IMG/VR virus record: IMGVR_UViG_3300047561_001243
Location: 1 to 64,000 of that record
DNA: 64,000 bases
DNA from: a virus
Taxonomy: Duplodnaviria > Caudoviricetes
Strand: one strand, 5' to 3'
Shown here piece by piece: positions 1-11,400 of this stretch (position 1 is the first letter of the stretch; each line of letters opens with the position of its first letter). Both the position numbers and the translations under genes were made by a program. The notes beneath the pieces are model-generated. The model saw nothing but the letters and a program-made list of their open reading frames with translations. It was not told the DNA's origin and searched no databases.

Positions 1-1
1 A

Positions 2-3000
2 GGTATTCAAGGCGCATTAGGCGTTGGTGCCGATGGTGCTCAAGGTTTACAAGGATTCCTTGGTACACAAGGATTGACGGGAGCTGGAACACAAGGTACT
101 CAAGGCATACAAGGTGGCTTAGGTTCTCAAGGTTTACAGGGATTACTTGGTACTCAAGGTTTAACTGGGCAATCTATTCAGGGTGTACAGGGTGGACAAG
201 CATTTGTAACTTTTGCTGCAGTCCCTCCAATATCACCTGCAATAGGTGACCGATGGATTGACTCTAATTCTGGTTCTGAATTTACTTGGACTTACGATGG
301 CAATACTTATCAATGGATTGAACTATCTGCTTCGGGTTTCTCTGGTGTTCAAGGACCAGCAGGTGCTCAAGGTATTGGTACACAAGGTGTACAGGGTATG
401 TCAGGTCAAGCTGCCGCTCAAGGTTTTCAAGGACTTCAAGGATTCCTTGGTACGCAGGGTGCTCAAGGTTTAGTTGGTAACGTAGGTGCACAAGGTGCAA
501 CGGGTACACAAGGTCTTGATGGACTACAGGGCGCACTCGGTTTACAAGGTACACAAGGTTTACAAGGCCCTTCAATTCCAGTTGCGTTTTCTGCAACTCC
601 ACCAAGTAGCCCAAGTCTTAACGACCGTTGGGTAGATGCTAATAGTGGTTCTGAATATACCTGGATTTATGATGGCAACAACTACGCTTGGGTAGAACTT
701 TCTGCTTCAGGTTATTCAGGGGCAGCTGGTTTGCAAGGACCTGCAGGCTCTCCTGGTATTCAAGGCTTAGCTGGTGCTGCTTCTGCACAAGGTTTTATTG
801 GTTCACAAGGTTTGCAAGGTTTCTTAGGTACGCAAGGTTTGCAAGGTACTGGTGGATATGTTGGAGCTGATGGAGCTCAAGGTGTTCAAGGTATTCAAGG
901 CGTTGGCGTACAAGGTTTACAAGGTAACCAAGGTACACAGGGACCTTCTATCCCAGTTACTTTTGGAACAACTCCGCCACTATCCCCAAGTGTTAACGAC
1001 CGTTGGGTTGACAGTAATTCAGGTTCTGAATTTACATACATTTTTGATGGAAATACTTATGCATGGGTAGAGCTTTCCGCATCTGGTTTTAGTGGTTCTT
1101 CTGGTGCGCAAGGTATTGCTGGTGCTGGAACGCAAGGTATTCAAGGTATTGCAGGTTCTGCCGCTGCACAAGGATTCCAAGGTGTTCAAGGATTTATTGG
1201 AACTCAAGGTACACAAGGTTTAGTTGGTGACGTTGGCGCACAGGGAGCTGTTGGTACACAAGGTGTACAAGGTTTAATTGGTGTTGGAACGCAGGGAACG
1301 CAAGGTCTTCAAGGTCCAAGTATTCCAGTTACATTCTCTGCAACTCCTCCACTTAGTCCTAATAGCAATGACATCTGGGTTGATAGTAATTCTGGTTCTG
1401 AGTACACATACATCTCTGACGGGAACACATCTCAATGGGTTGAGTTATCTGCTTCTGGTTTTAGTGGTGTGCAGGGCGCTGCTGGTTCTCAAGGTATTGG
1501 AACACAGGGTGTTCAAGGTATTGCTGGCGCTGCTGCTGCACAAGGATTCCAAGGTGTTCAAGGATTTATTGGAACTCAAGGTACACAAGGATTAACTGGT
1601 AATGATGGTGTAACTGGTTCACAGGGCTTAACTGGTTTACAAGGTTTACTTGGATTCCAAGGTTTACAGGGTGGGCAAGGTTTACAGGGCCCATCTATTC
1701 CAGTCACATTTGATTCTGTACCACCAGCATCCCCAAGTCTTAACGACCGTTGGGTAGATAGCAATTCTGGTATTGAGTACACATGGATAACAGATGGCAA
1801 TACCTATCAATGGGTAGAGCTTGCTGCCTCAGGTTTTAGTGGTACTCAAGGTATTCAAGGAACAACTGGCGCTGGTGTACAAGGTGCTGCTGGTATTGGT
1901 ACACAAGGTGTACAAGGTTTAGTTGGTGCACAGGGATTAACTGGAACTGGAACTCAAGGGTTACAAGGACCAGCAGGTAGTGGCGGAAGTGGTGGAGGAT
2001 TCTATTCAGACGTTGTTCCTCCAGTATCTCCAGTATTGGGCGACCGTTGGTGGGATACAGCTAACGGTATTGAATACACATACATTGCTGATACTGATGG
2101 CAATCAATGGGTTCAACTTATTGTTGGTGGTACACAGGGAGTTCAAGGAACTCTTGGAGCACAAGGTACAGCTGGAACTATTGGCGTTGATGGCGTACAA
2201 GGATTAACTGGTGCACAAGGTTCTGTTGGTTTACAGGGCACAGTTGGTGCTCAAGGCCTACAAGGAACCTCTGTTCAAGGTATTCAGGGAGCTAACTCTG
2301 GAATTACATTTGATGTTATTCCTCCTTCCAACCCAAACATTGGTGACCGCTGGGTCGATGCTAATAGCGGTAGCGAATACATTTGGATTAATGACGGTAA
2401 CAACTCAACATGGGTTGAAGTTAGCGCATCTGGTTTTAGTGGTGTGCAAGGTATTGCTGGCCCACTTGGTTCTCAAGGTGTGCAAGGTATTGCTGGACAA
2501 GCAGCTGCACAAGGGTTTGCTGGTTTACAAGGACTTCAAGGATTCCTTGGTACACAAGGTTTAGTTGGTGCGCAGGGACTTGACGGTGTTCAAGGTCTGC
2601 AAGGTGTACAAGGCGCATCTATTCAAGGAACAACTGGTGCTGGTGCACAGGGTACTCAAGGTTTACAAGGCCCTAATGCCGCTTTAACTTTTGATTCTAT
2701 TCCACCAGTAAGTCCATTACTTGGTGATAGATGGGTTGATTCAACCTCTGGTGTTGAGTACACATACATCTACGATGGAAACAATTACGCTTGGGTAGAA
2801 GTATCTGCCTCAGGATTCTCTGGTGTTGCTGGAGCTCAAGGTATTCAGGGAGCAGCGGGAGCTGGTACACAAGGAGCATCGGGCTCTAACGGAACTCAAG
2901 GAACAACGGGTCTACAAGGATTTATTGGAACACAAGGTTTACAGGGTACAGATGGAGTTGGAACTCAAGGAACGCAAGGTATCCAAGGTGTCGGTGTACA

Positions 3001-5131
3001 AGGTGCAACAGGTGCTGGTACTCAGGGAACGCAAGGTATCCAAGGCCCTAACGCAGCTATAACTTTTGATGCAACACCTCCAGCTTCTCCATTGCTTGGA
3101 GATAGGTGGGTAGATGCAAACTCTGGTTCTGAATATACCTGGATTTATGACGGAAACAATTTTGCATGGGTAGAAGTAAGCGCATCAGGTTTTGCTGGTT
3201 CTCTTGGTTTACAAGGACCTGCGGGTTCTCCTGGTGCACAGGGCTTAGCTGGTTCTGCAGCAGCACAAGGTTTTGCGGGCTTACAGGGTTTACAAGGTTT
3301 CCTTGGAACTCAGGGTCTACAGGGTCTACAGGGTTATGGTTTTGATGGGGCGCAAGGAACTCAAGGTGTTCAAGGCGCTGCGATTCAAGGTACCCAAGGT
3401 ATTTCAATCCAAGGCGCTCAAGGTTTACAAGGACCTTCAGTACCAGTTACATTTGCAGCAACTCCTCCCGCATCACCTAGCATTAACGACCGCTGGGTAG
3501 ACAGCAACTCTGGTTCTGAATACACATGGGTGTACGACGGAAATACTTATCAGTGGATTGAATTATCTGCTTCTGGTTACGCAGGTCTTGCGGGAGCGCA
3601 AGGTACTCAAGGTACTGTGGGTGCGGGTGCTCAAGGAACAACTGGTAACAATGGTGCTCAAGGTACTAGTGGTATTCAAGGTTTCCTTGGTACGCAAGGT
3701 TTAGTTGGCGCACAGGGTCTTGATGGAATTCAAGGCGTACAAGGTTTACTTGGTACACAAGGTTCAATTGGTTTCCAAGGTCTACAAGGTAACCAAGGTT
3801 TGCAAGGACCAAATGCTGCTATTACATTTGATGTTAATCCTCCAGTGTCACCTCTTCTTGGAGACCGTTGGGTTGATGCAAACAGCGGTAGTGAATATAC
3901 CTGGATATACGATGGCAACAACTATGCGTGGGTAGAAGTCAGCGCTTCTGGTTATGCGGGCTATGGAATTCAAGGCGCAGCTGGCTCCCCTGGTTCACAA
4001 GGTCTTGCTGGTTCTGCTGCGGCTCAAGGTTTTGCTGGAGCACAAGGCTTACAAGGATTACTTGGTACTCAGGGGCTACAAGGTTTAACTGGCGTTGGCG
4101 CCCAAGGAACGCAAGGTATTCAAGGCGAATCTATTCAAGGTTCTTCTGGTATTGGAATCCAAGGCGCTCAAGGTATTCAAGGACCTAATGCAGCAATAGC
4201 ATTTAATTCAACTCCACCAGTTAGTCCATTGCTTGGTGACCGTTGGGTCGATAGCAATAGCGGTATTGAATATACATACATCTATGACGGAAATAATAAT
4301 GCGTGGGTAGAAGTCTCTGCTTCAGGCTTCTCTGGTGTACAAGGCCTTCAAGGAACTACTGGTAATCCTGGAGTTCAAGGTTCAACGGGTACTCAAGGTA
4401 CAACAGGTATCCAAGGTTCATTTGGTTTACAAGGAACTCAAGGTATCGTTGGAGCACAGGGAACATACGTTGTCTCTGATGTAAAACCAAGTGCACCAAG
4501 CACAGGTAATGGATGGCTCAACACAAACGATGGCCGCCTATACATCTACAACGGCAGCGATTGGTTTGAACCATATGACAACCTTGCTGGTATCCAGGGA
4601 CCACAAGGTCTACAGGGTGGCGGCTTTAATCAAGCTCAAGGCTTGCAAGGTACTCAAGGACTTACTGGTGCTAGTGTTCAAGGGTCAGTTGGTTCACAAG
4701 GAACTACAGGACTTGTATTAAACGCCGCTGCAACTAACACTGCTGTAGTAGGTTTATTAGAGGCTGGTAACTATGTGGCAGCTGCTACCTCTGGAACTCT
4801 TGCAATCAACATTACAACTTCAACTGTGTGGTACTACACTGTTGCGTCCACTTCTTCATTTGTTTTAAACTTTACATCAACTGCTTCAATTAACTCACTA
4901 CTTGCTATTGGACAATCTGTATCAGTTGCTGTTCTTAATACTACTGGGGCCGCAACAACATCTTACCCAACAGCGTTCCAAGTTGATAGTGTTTCAGTAA
5001 CTCCAAAATGGCAAAATGGCTCAGCACCATCGGCTGGAAGTGTTAGCTCTATAGATGCATACACGTTTACTATTCTTAAAACCGCTAACGCTACGTATAC
5101 CGTTTTAGCCTCACAGACAAAGTTTGCATAA
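2..5131 (+). CDS. Giant collagen-like fibre protein, 5'-truncated by the window edge
   Basis: Frame is open from nt 2. G-X-Q triplets are interrupted by 12 conserved and 1 divergent ~45-aa modules (PPxSPxxGDRWVDSNSGxEYTWxYDGN..WVELSASG). Ends in a ~110-aa beta-rich domain. Confidence 0.85.
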   Translation, partial: GIQGALGVGADGAQGLQGFLGTQGLTGAGTQGTQGIQGGLGSQGLQGLLGTQGLTGQSIQGVQGGQAFVTFAAVPPISPAIGDRWIDSNSGSEFTWTYDGNTYQWIELSASGFSGVQGPAGAQGIGTQGVQGMSGQAAAQGFQGLQGFLGTQGAQGLVGNVGAQGATGTQGLDGLQGALGLQGTQGLQGPSIPVAFSATPPSSPSLNDRWVDANSGSEYTWIYDGNNYAWVELSASGYSGAAGLQGPAGSPGIQGLAGAASAQGFIGSQGLQGFLGTQGLQGTGGYVGADGAQGVQGIQGVGVQGLQGNQGTQGPSIPVTFGTTPPLSPSVNDRWVDSNSGSEFTYIFDGNTYAWVELSASGFSGSSGAQGIAGAGTQGIQGIAGSAAAQGFQGVQGFIGTQGTQGLVGDVGAQGAVGTQGVQGLIGVGTQGTQGLQGPSIPVTFSATPPLSPNSNDIWVDSNSGSEYTYISDGNTSQWVELSASGFSGVQGAAGSQGIGTQGVQGIAGAAAAQGFQGVQGFIGTQGTQGLTGNDGVTGSQGLTGLQGLLGFQGLQGGQGLQGPSIPVTFDSVPPASPSLNDRWVDSNSGIEYTWITDGNTYQWVELAASGFSGTQGIQGTTGAGVQGAAGIGTQGVQGLVGAQGLTGTGTQGLQGPAGSGGSGGGFYSDVVPPVSPVLGDRWWDTANGIEYTYIADTDGNQWVQLIVGGTQGVQGTLGAQGTAGTIGVDGVQGLTGAQGSVGLQGTVGAQGLQGTSVQGIQGANSGITFDVIPPSNPNIGDRWVDANSGSEYIWINDGNNSTWVEVSASGFSGVQGIAGPLGSQGVQGIAGQAAAQGFAGLQGLQGFLGTQGLVGAQGLDGVQGLQGVQGASIQGTTGAGAQGTQGLQGPNAALTFDSIPPVSPLLGDRWVDSTSGVEYTYIYDGNNYAWVEVSASGFSGVAGAQGIQGAAGAGTQGASGSNGTQGTTGLQGFIGTQGLQGTDGVGTQGTQGIQGVGVQGATGAGTQGTQGIQGPNAAITFDATPPASPLLGDRWVDANSGSEYTWIYDGNNFAWVEVSASGFAGSLGLQGPAGSPGAQGLAGSAAAQGFAGLQGLQGFLGTQGLQGLQGYGFDGAQGTQGVQGAAIQGTQGISIQGAQGLQGPSVPVTFAATPPASPSINDRWVDSNSGSEYTWVYDGNTYQWIELSASGYAGLAGAQGTQGTVGAGAQGTTGNNGAQGTSGIQGFLGTQGLVGAQGLDGIQGVQGLLGTQGSIGFQGLQGNQGLQGPNAAITFDVNPPVSPLLGDRWVDANSGSEYTWIYDGNNYAWVEVSASGYAGYGIQGAAGSPGSQGLAGSAAAQGFAGAQGLQGLLGTQGLQGLTGVGAQGTQGIQGESIQGSSGIGIQGAQGIQGPNAAIAFNSTPPVSPLLGDRWVDSNSGIEYTYIYDGNNNAWVEVSASGFSGVQGLQGTTGNPGVQGSTGTQGTTGIQGSFGLQGTQGIVGAQGTYVVSDVKPSAPSTGNGWLNTNDGRLYIYNGSDWFEPYDNLAGIQGPQGLQGGGFNQAQGLQGTQGLTGASVQGSVGSQGTTGLVLNAAATNTAVVGLLEAGNYVAAATSGTLAINITTSTVWYYTVASTSSFVLNFTSTASINSLLAIGQSVSVAVLNTTGAATTSYPTAFQVDSVSVTPKWQNGSAPSAGSVSSIDAYTFTILKTANATYTVLASQTKFA

Positions 5132-5901
5132 TGGCGCCATTATTAGCAAGCTTGGGAACAGACTCCACACGAGCAATAGGTCTTTCTTTTAATCCACCTA
5201 TTGTTCGTAATGGGTTAGTTCTTGCATTGGACGCTGGAGACCCCGCTTCATACTCAGGAACTGGAACTACTTGGAACGATGTCAGTGGTAATGGAAATAC
5301 TTTTACACTTAACAACGCTGGTGCGTATAACTCTGCTGGACCTAAGTACATGGATTTTAACGGAAGCTTTGGAGCTTCTTATTTAAGCACTCAAGGAAAC
5401 ATATCTTTGTCTAACCCTCCAACATACATGACATGGACTCGCGTACTAAACAGCACTGGTAACTGGAGAACATTAACTCGTTCTATTGGTGGTGGCGCTA
5501 ACCACCATGTAATTATTTTGGCTAGTGGTAATACTTTGGGTTCTTATAACAACACTGGTTTAAATAGCCCACTCGGGTTTAACGACAGCGGATATCAAAT
5601 TACCTCTATCCCAGGGTATGGCACCTCAAAATGGGTGTGCATGTATTGGCGTTGGTCAAACTCAAACCCCTATTATCAAATGAGCTACAACGATACCCCT
5701 GGAACTATACAAGCTAGCATAAGTACTACGGGAGCCGTTTATAGCGGAACGTCTTTTGGAAGCCTTGGTTGCTACGATGCTAATGGCTCACCCTCACAGT
5801 TTTGGGGAGACATATCATCTTTTTATGTATGGAACCGAACCCTAAGTGATGCAGAGTTACTTCAAAGTTTTCAAGCTACTCGTTCAAGGTACGGATTATA
5901 A
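5131..5901 (+). CDS. LamG/concanavalin A-like lectin-fold protein, putative fibre tip adhesin
   Basis: GLVLALDAGDPASYSGTGTTWNDVSGNGN start and FWGDISSFYVWNRTLSDAEL end are typical of phage LamG-like domains. TAATG-coupled to the fibre gene. Confidence 0.75.
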   Translation: MAPLLASLGTDSTRAIGLSFNPPIVRNGLVLALDAGDPASYSGTGTTWNDVSGNGNTFTLNNAGAYNSAGPKYMDFNGSFGASYLSTQGNISLSNPPTYMTWTRVLNSTGNWRTLTRSIGGGANHHVIILASGNTLGSYNNTGLNSPLGFNDSGYQITSIPGYGTSKWVCMYWRWSNSNPYYQMSYNDTPGTIQASISTTGAVYSGTSFGSLGCYDANGSPSQFWGDISSFYVWNRTLSDAELLQSFQATRSRYGL

Positions 5902-5940
5902 AAATGCTATTATTTAACACTAAAAGAATAGGAGAGGTTA

Positions 5941-7023
5941 ATGCCATTATCGTTTCCCGTTAACCCCGCTCTTAATCAAACCTATTCCTATTCAGGCCGT
6001 ACTTGGATTTGGAACGGCTCTGTTTGGCAATCAGTTGGAACTACTGTTGCTGTTGGTGCTACAGGTGCTCAAGGCACTGCTGGCTCAAATGGTTCTCAAG
6101 GTATTCAGGGTCCTAACGCAGCTATAACTTTTTCTGATACTCCTCCGATGTCTCCGTTACTTGGAGACCGTTGGACTGACTCAACTACTGGTAGTGGTTA
6201 TACATACATCTATGATGGCAATAACTACTCATGGGTTGAGTTGTCTGCATCTGGTTTTGCTGGGCTACAGGGACCACAAGGTATTCAAGGCGTAAGCGCT
6301 GTTGGTACTCAAGGCCTAACTGGTACACAGGGGCTCACTGGCTTCCAAGGAGTTCAGGGCACTGTTGGTGACACTGGAGTTATTGGTCCAGTTGGTACAC
6401 AAGGATTGCAAGGATTGCAAGGTGGCGGTTTCAACCAAGCGCAAGGTACTCAAGGCCTACAAGGTTTAGTTGGTCAAGGTATTCAAGGCATTGATGGGCT
6501 TCAGGGCCCATACGGACCAACTGGTTTGCAAGGTAATACTGGGCCGCAGGGTGTTCAAGGCTTACAAGGAACTTACCCAACAACTGTTGGCGTAACGTTT
6601 TCTAATACAACCTTTACTGGAACTACCACCGTTGCTCAATTGCTTGAGTCTGCAACCGTTAACCAATCCCCACTTAATGGCTATACAAATTACTACGTAC
6701 AGCAAAGTGGAAGCGTTACTTTATACGCCGCTTCCGCCACTGGTAACTGGACGTTTAACATTACTGCTAACGGCGCTGTTCTTTTGGATTCAATGATGGC
6801 TGTAGGTCAGTCGTTAACAGTTACTATGCTTACTACACAAGGCGCCTCAGCTTTTTATCAGTCAGCGTTTCAAATTGATGGTGTGGCAGTTACTCCTAAA
6901 TGGATTAGCGGTTCAGCCCCTGCATCAGGAAACACTAATAGCCTTGACGTTTATGCTTACACAATTGTTAAAACTGCTACAGCAACATGGACTGTCTTAG
7001 CTGGAAGAACCAGGTATGCATAA
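5941..7023 (+). CDS. Short collagen-like fibre protein, paralog of 2..5131
   Basis: GGAGAGG RBS, G-X-Q tracts, one GDRWTD...WVELSASG module, and a C-terminal domain homologous to that of 2..5131. Confidence 0.8.
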   Translation: MPLSFPVNPALNQTYSYSGRTWIWNGSVWQSVGTTVAVGATGAQGTAGSNGSQGIQGPNAAITFSDTPPMSPLLGDRWTDSTTGSGYTYIYDGNNYSWVELSASGFAGLQGPQGIQGVSAVGTQGLTGTQGLTGFQGVQGTVGDTGVIGPVGTQGLQGLQGGGFNQAQGTQGLQGLVGQGIQGIDGLQGPYGPTGLQGNTGPQGVQGLQGTYPTTVGVTFSNTTFTGTTTVAQLLESATVNQSPLNGYTNYYVQQSGSVTLYAASATGNWTFNITANGAVLLDSMMAVGQSLTVTMLTTQGASAFYQSAFQIDGVAVTPKWISGSAPASGNTNSLDVYAYTIVKTATATWTVLAGRTRYA

Positions 7024-7865
7024 TGCCTTTGTTAGGTTCTAGAGGGGTTGCCTCCGCTGGCTCATACAAAAAACTTTATACTCCTGTTGGAAGTATTGAC
7101 GACCCTGGAGACTCAGCTCAACAATTAAAAATTGACAACGGGTTTAACAGCAACGGTGTCTATTACATATCTGTTAATGGAGTGTCAACGCCAACCTATT
7201 GCATTATGGATAGCGCTATAGATGGTGGGGGTTGGATGATGATGATGAAAGGGACTCGCGGAACAACGTTTAATTACACATCTTCATATTGGACAACTAA
7301 CAACACTCTTTCAACAACCGAAACTAACCGAGCCGATGGTGACGCAAAGTTCAACCATTTCAACTATTTTTCTGGTAAAGACATGTTGGCGCTGTGGCCT
7401 GATATTGGACAGGGTGGTTCTTTAAGCGTTTCTGGTTATCCTTGGATATGGCTTCAAAATAATTACGCCGACGGTTCTCGAGTAACACCACTGTCTTTCT
7501 TTCAAATAGATAATTATCCAATTGGTTTTGGTGGCTCTGGAAAATTTATTAAAGATGCTAAGACTTATAGCGGTTGGGCTTCTGGGGTATTTTCTAGCCA
7601 AGTAGACATTCGTTTTTATGGATTTAATTACAAGGGATACTCTGGAAATACGGCTAATGGTGCTCGTTGGGGGTTTGGTTGGAACGAAAATGGTGATGGC
7701 CTGTTCCCATCAGTAAGTAATCCAGCCCCAGGTTCCAACGACGTATCGGGTGGTATTGGTATGGGAAGCGGTTATGGAAGCTACTCAGCGGGCGACATCA
7801 TTGGATGCTGTCAGGACACAACGGGTATAAATCGCTCAGCCCGCTTTGAAATGTACGTACGATGA
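7023..7865 (+). CDS. Fibrinogen C-terminal-like domain protein, putative adhesin
   Basis: SNGVYYI...TYCIMD..DGGGWMMM matches the fibrinogen-related domain start. Start moved to the ATG overlapping the upstream TAA. Confidence 0.7.
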   Translation: MPLLGSRGVASAGSYKKLYTPVGSIDDPGDSAQQLKIDNGFNSNGVYYISVNGVSTPTYCIMDSAIDGGGWMMMMKGTRGTTFNYTSSYWTTNNTLSTTETNRADGDAKFNHFNYFSGKDMLALWPDIGQGGSLSVSGYPWIWLQNNYADGSRVTPLSFFQIDNYPIGFGGSGKFIKDAKTYSGWASGVFSSQVDIRFYGFNYKGYSGNTANGARWGFGWNENGDGLFPSVSNPAPGSNDVSGGIGMGSGYGSYSAGDIIGCCQDTTGINRSARFEMYVR

Positions 7866-7943
7866 AGCTTTTGACTATATACCACACGGGAGGCCAAAAG
7901 CCTCGTATACTTTTAACCAAGACATCTCAGAGAGAGAATAACT

Positions 7944-8459
7944 ATGCCAATTGATTTTCCTGGCTCGCCCACTAATGGGCAGGTCTATACATATGGCTCA
8001 CGTACTTGGACTTGGACAGGATATGCGTGGCAGGCAACAACTACCACAACTGGTCCTCAAGGTATTCAAGGACTCCAGGGTCTACAAGGACCTTCTGGTT
8101 TTAATACAGACATCGTCATAATTGACGACCTAGGACGCCAATTTGATGGCGTAACTTATAGATTCCTTCCTACCTACCAAGGTGTGAAGGTGAACATTAC
8201 CAATTCACAAAGACTCATGGTCGCGCTAAATGGTATAGTTCAAAGAGTAAGCAATGCCTACCCAATCTTTTCTATACCAGAAAACGACGTGGCTAGGTAT
8301 AATTGGTTACGAGTAGATGCAGACGGTTACATTGTGTTCTCACAAGCACCCGCAGGCGGAACTACTTTTGATGGTCGTGTCATGGGTGGACCAGACACAA
8401 CAGCACTAACAACAACTTATCCGTTTGCAGCAGCGGACTTATTAATAGGAGCGTTTTAA
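7944..8459 (+). CDS. Small virion/fibre-associated protein with a short collagen tract
   Basis: N-terminus MPIDFPGSPTNGQVYTYGSRTWTW resembles that of 5941..7023; [14 protein letters not shown] tract. Confidence 0.6.
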   Translation: MPIDFPGSPTNGQVYTYGSRTWTWTGYAWQATTTTTGPQGIQGLQGLQGPSGFNTDIVIIDDLGRQFDGVTYRFLPTYQGVKVNITNSQRLMVALNGIVQRVSNAYPIFSIPENDVARYNWLRVDADGYIVFSQAPAGGTTFDGRVMGGPDTTALTTTYPFAAADLLIGAF

Positions 8460-8462
8460 TCC

Positions 8463-11400
8463 ATGGCAAGAAAGATTCTATTAGATGGTGGTTATGCGTT
8501 TAACCCATCAACAAAGCAGGTAGTTTTACGACGCATCGTTCCTAAGGAACGTCTTGTACTCATCACCAACGTAACGCAGAACAAGGTTATCTATAACTTC
8601 TCAGATACCTCACTTCTAGCATCAGCTTACGTAACATATGGTGACAATCAACTTACATCAGCAATCACATCTATTTCAGGAACAGGTTCAGTAGTAACTG
8701 TTACAACAGCAGCTGCACATAACCTTACTCCAGGAATGTTGGTAACACTTACAGGTGTTACCCCAGCAGCATTTAACATTAACGGTGCGATTATCACCGC
8801 TGCTTCAACAACAACATTTACTCTTACCTCAACTGTAAACGGTACTTATGTATCAGGTGGTCTTGTATCAGCTGGTGAATCAACCGTTATTACACTTAAC
8901 TACAACCCAGCAACTGCGGGTATGCTCACAACTGACTCACTTCAAGTAACTGTTGATGAGTTTTCAGAGCGCATTAAGCCTGATGAGACATACGCAGACC
9001 CAGTAAACAAGTTGCGCGTTTCTCAGCCACAGTCAATGATGGATACAGACTTTGAATACGGCAAGCAAGATACTAAGTGGGAAACACAAATCCTTACAAA
9101 CGGACGCCCATTTGCATCCCAGCTTCTATTCAACGCCCTAACAGTTTCTGGTATGACTACAGGCGCTGCAGGTACTCGTACAATCACAACTACTATGACT
9201 AACACAACAGTAGCAACTCTTGCTACTGGTGTTCAAGGTAACGGTACAACCGCTCTTTACAAGACAGCAGCAGCTCACGGTTTGACAGTTGGACAGTATG
9301 TAACAGTCACTGGTGTAACACCAGCTTCTTACAACACAAACTCAGGTGTACCACTACAGGTCCTTGAAGTTCCTTCAACTACATCATTTCGTATTCTTGC
9401 TAACGGAACTTCAACAGCTCAATCAACAGTCGCTGGTACAGTAGCAACTAACGTTGCTCCACCAGTTGGTGCACCAATTGCTGTTACAGATACATACTTC
9501 CCAGGAGTTACTGGTAACTATGTAGTTGAAACACGCCCTGGTGAAACATCATTCACATTTACTTCAAAGGTTCCAACATCAACAGCATGGGCTTCAATTT
9601 CTATTCTTGACCCAGCTAAGACACTTGTTGTTACTGGTGATTACTACCGCGATGCAATTGTTGGTAACGATACAGCAACAGTTCTTGCTTACACAGGACA
9701 GGATGTACAGGTAACAACTGGTACAAACCACGGTCTTCAGGTTGGTAACGAAATTGCTGTTGTAGGCTCAACATCAGGTGGTACTGCTCCAAACGGTAAC
9801 TTTATTGTTAGCCGTATCCAGTCACCTACAGTATTTAACTACTACGATAACCGTGGTGGAACAATCTCAGGTACTTTGCTTGGACCTCAGACTTCAACAA
9901 CTGGTACAGGTACCGTTGGTACTAACTACTTAGTTCTTGCTAGCGCAACTGGTTTGACTGTTGGCGGTACTATTATTTCAGCTGGTTTTATTGCTCCAGA
10001 TACTTACATCAAGGGCTTTACTGGAACAACAGTTGAACTATCACAGAACCTGCTTGCAACTATGTCTGCAACAGCATGTACTGTTGCCGTATCTGTTTAT
10101 GCTCGTTCACAGGCTCAGTCAGTTCACCGCGCATTTGACGGTGGAGTTATGTTCTCCTCAAACGCAGCATCTAACAACATCTCACTTGTTCGCCAGACAC
10201 GCCGTTACTTCCGTTACCAGTCAGGTAAGGGACTTCAGTTGTCTACAGGAACAATCTTGCAGCCAACGTACACAATTGACTCAATGGCTTACAGCTCACC
10301 ATTTGTTACTGTTGTAACAAAAGAACGCCATGGTCTACAGCCAGGTTTTGCTGTTCGTATCTTTGGTGCTAACGAAGTTGGATACAACGGAGATTTTGCC
10401 GCTGTAACTGTTGTTGACCAGAACACATTTAAGTACATCCCAACTACTGCTCCAACAATTGCTACAGCATCTGGACAGTACTACTTGTCAATCTTGGCAT
10501 GGGATGGCGCACAGAACCGCCTTGGTATGTTCGACCAGCAGAACGGTCTCTTCTTTGAGCACGATGGTCAGAACCTATGGGCAGTACGCCGTTCTTCAAT
10601 CTTCCAGATTGCAGGCCGCGTATCTGTAACATCAGGTTCAGCAACTGTAACTGGTGCAACTAACTTCGCAACAACATTCAACAAGCAGTTAAACCCAGGA
10701 GACTGGATTGTTATTCGTGGTCAGTCATACCGTATTGACACAATTGCATCTGATACATCTATGACTCTTGTACAGGCTTACCGTGGACCATCAGCGTCTA
10801 ACGTAACTGTTTCAAAGACCACAGACCTTCGTATCCCACGCTCACTCTGGAACATCGACAAGATGGACGGAACTGGCCCATCAGGCTACACACTTGACCT
10901 ATCAAAGATGCAGATGTTCTACATCGACTACACATGGTACGGCGCAGGTGGTATTCGTTGGGGATTCCGCGGTCCTAAGGGCGAAATCATCTACGCACAC
11001 AAGCTTGCTAACAACAACCAGAACCCAATGGCTTACATGCGCTCAGGTAACTTGCCTGCTCGTTACGAAGCATCTACCTACGCACCAACTACTAAGCTAA
11101 CAACAGGTGGTACAGGTACAAACGGTGGTGTTGCTACTGGTGATACAACTATCTACGTAGAAGACACTTCTGCATTTGCTACACCTAAGGCTATTGTTAC
11201 AACAGCAACTGGTACTTCAGGCGTTGCAACAATTACCGTAGGTAACGCTGCAGGCCTTACAAATGGTCTTTACGCTAGCGCATCTAACATCACTGCTGGT
11301 ACACAGATTGTTTCAATCTCAGGTACAACCGTAACCCTTTCAGCTAACAACGCTGGTACTGTCTCAGGTGCTATCACCTTCTTCAGCATCCAAGGTATGG

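Noticed and set aside
1-4700. Regularly spaced repeats resembling a CRISPR array or DGR
   Set aside because: The repeats are in-frame protein modules with synonymous variation; there are no fixed-length identical repeats with unique spacers and no reverse transcriptase in the window.
246-4721. Many short alternative-frame and antisense ORFs in the ORF track
   Set aside because: These are shadows of the repetitive collagen coding frame; the same applies to most nested ORFs elsewhere in the window.
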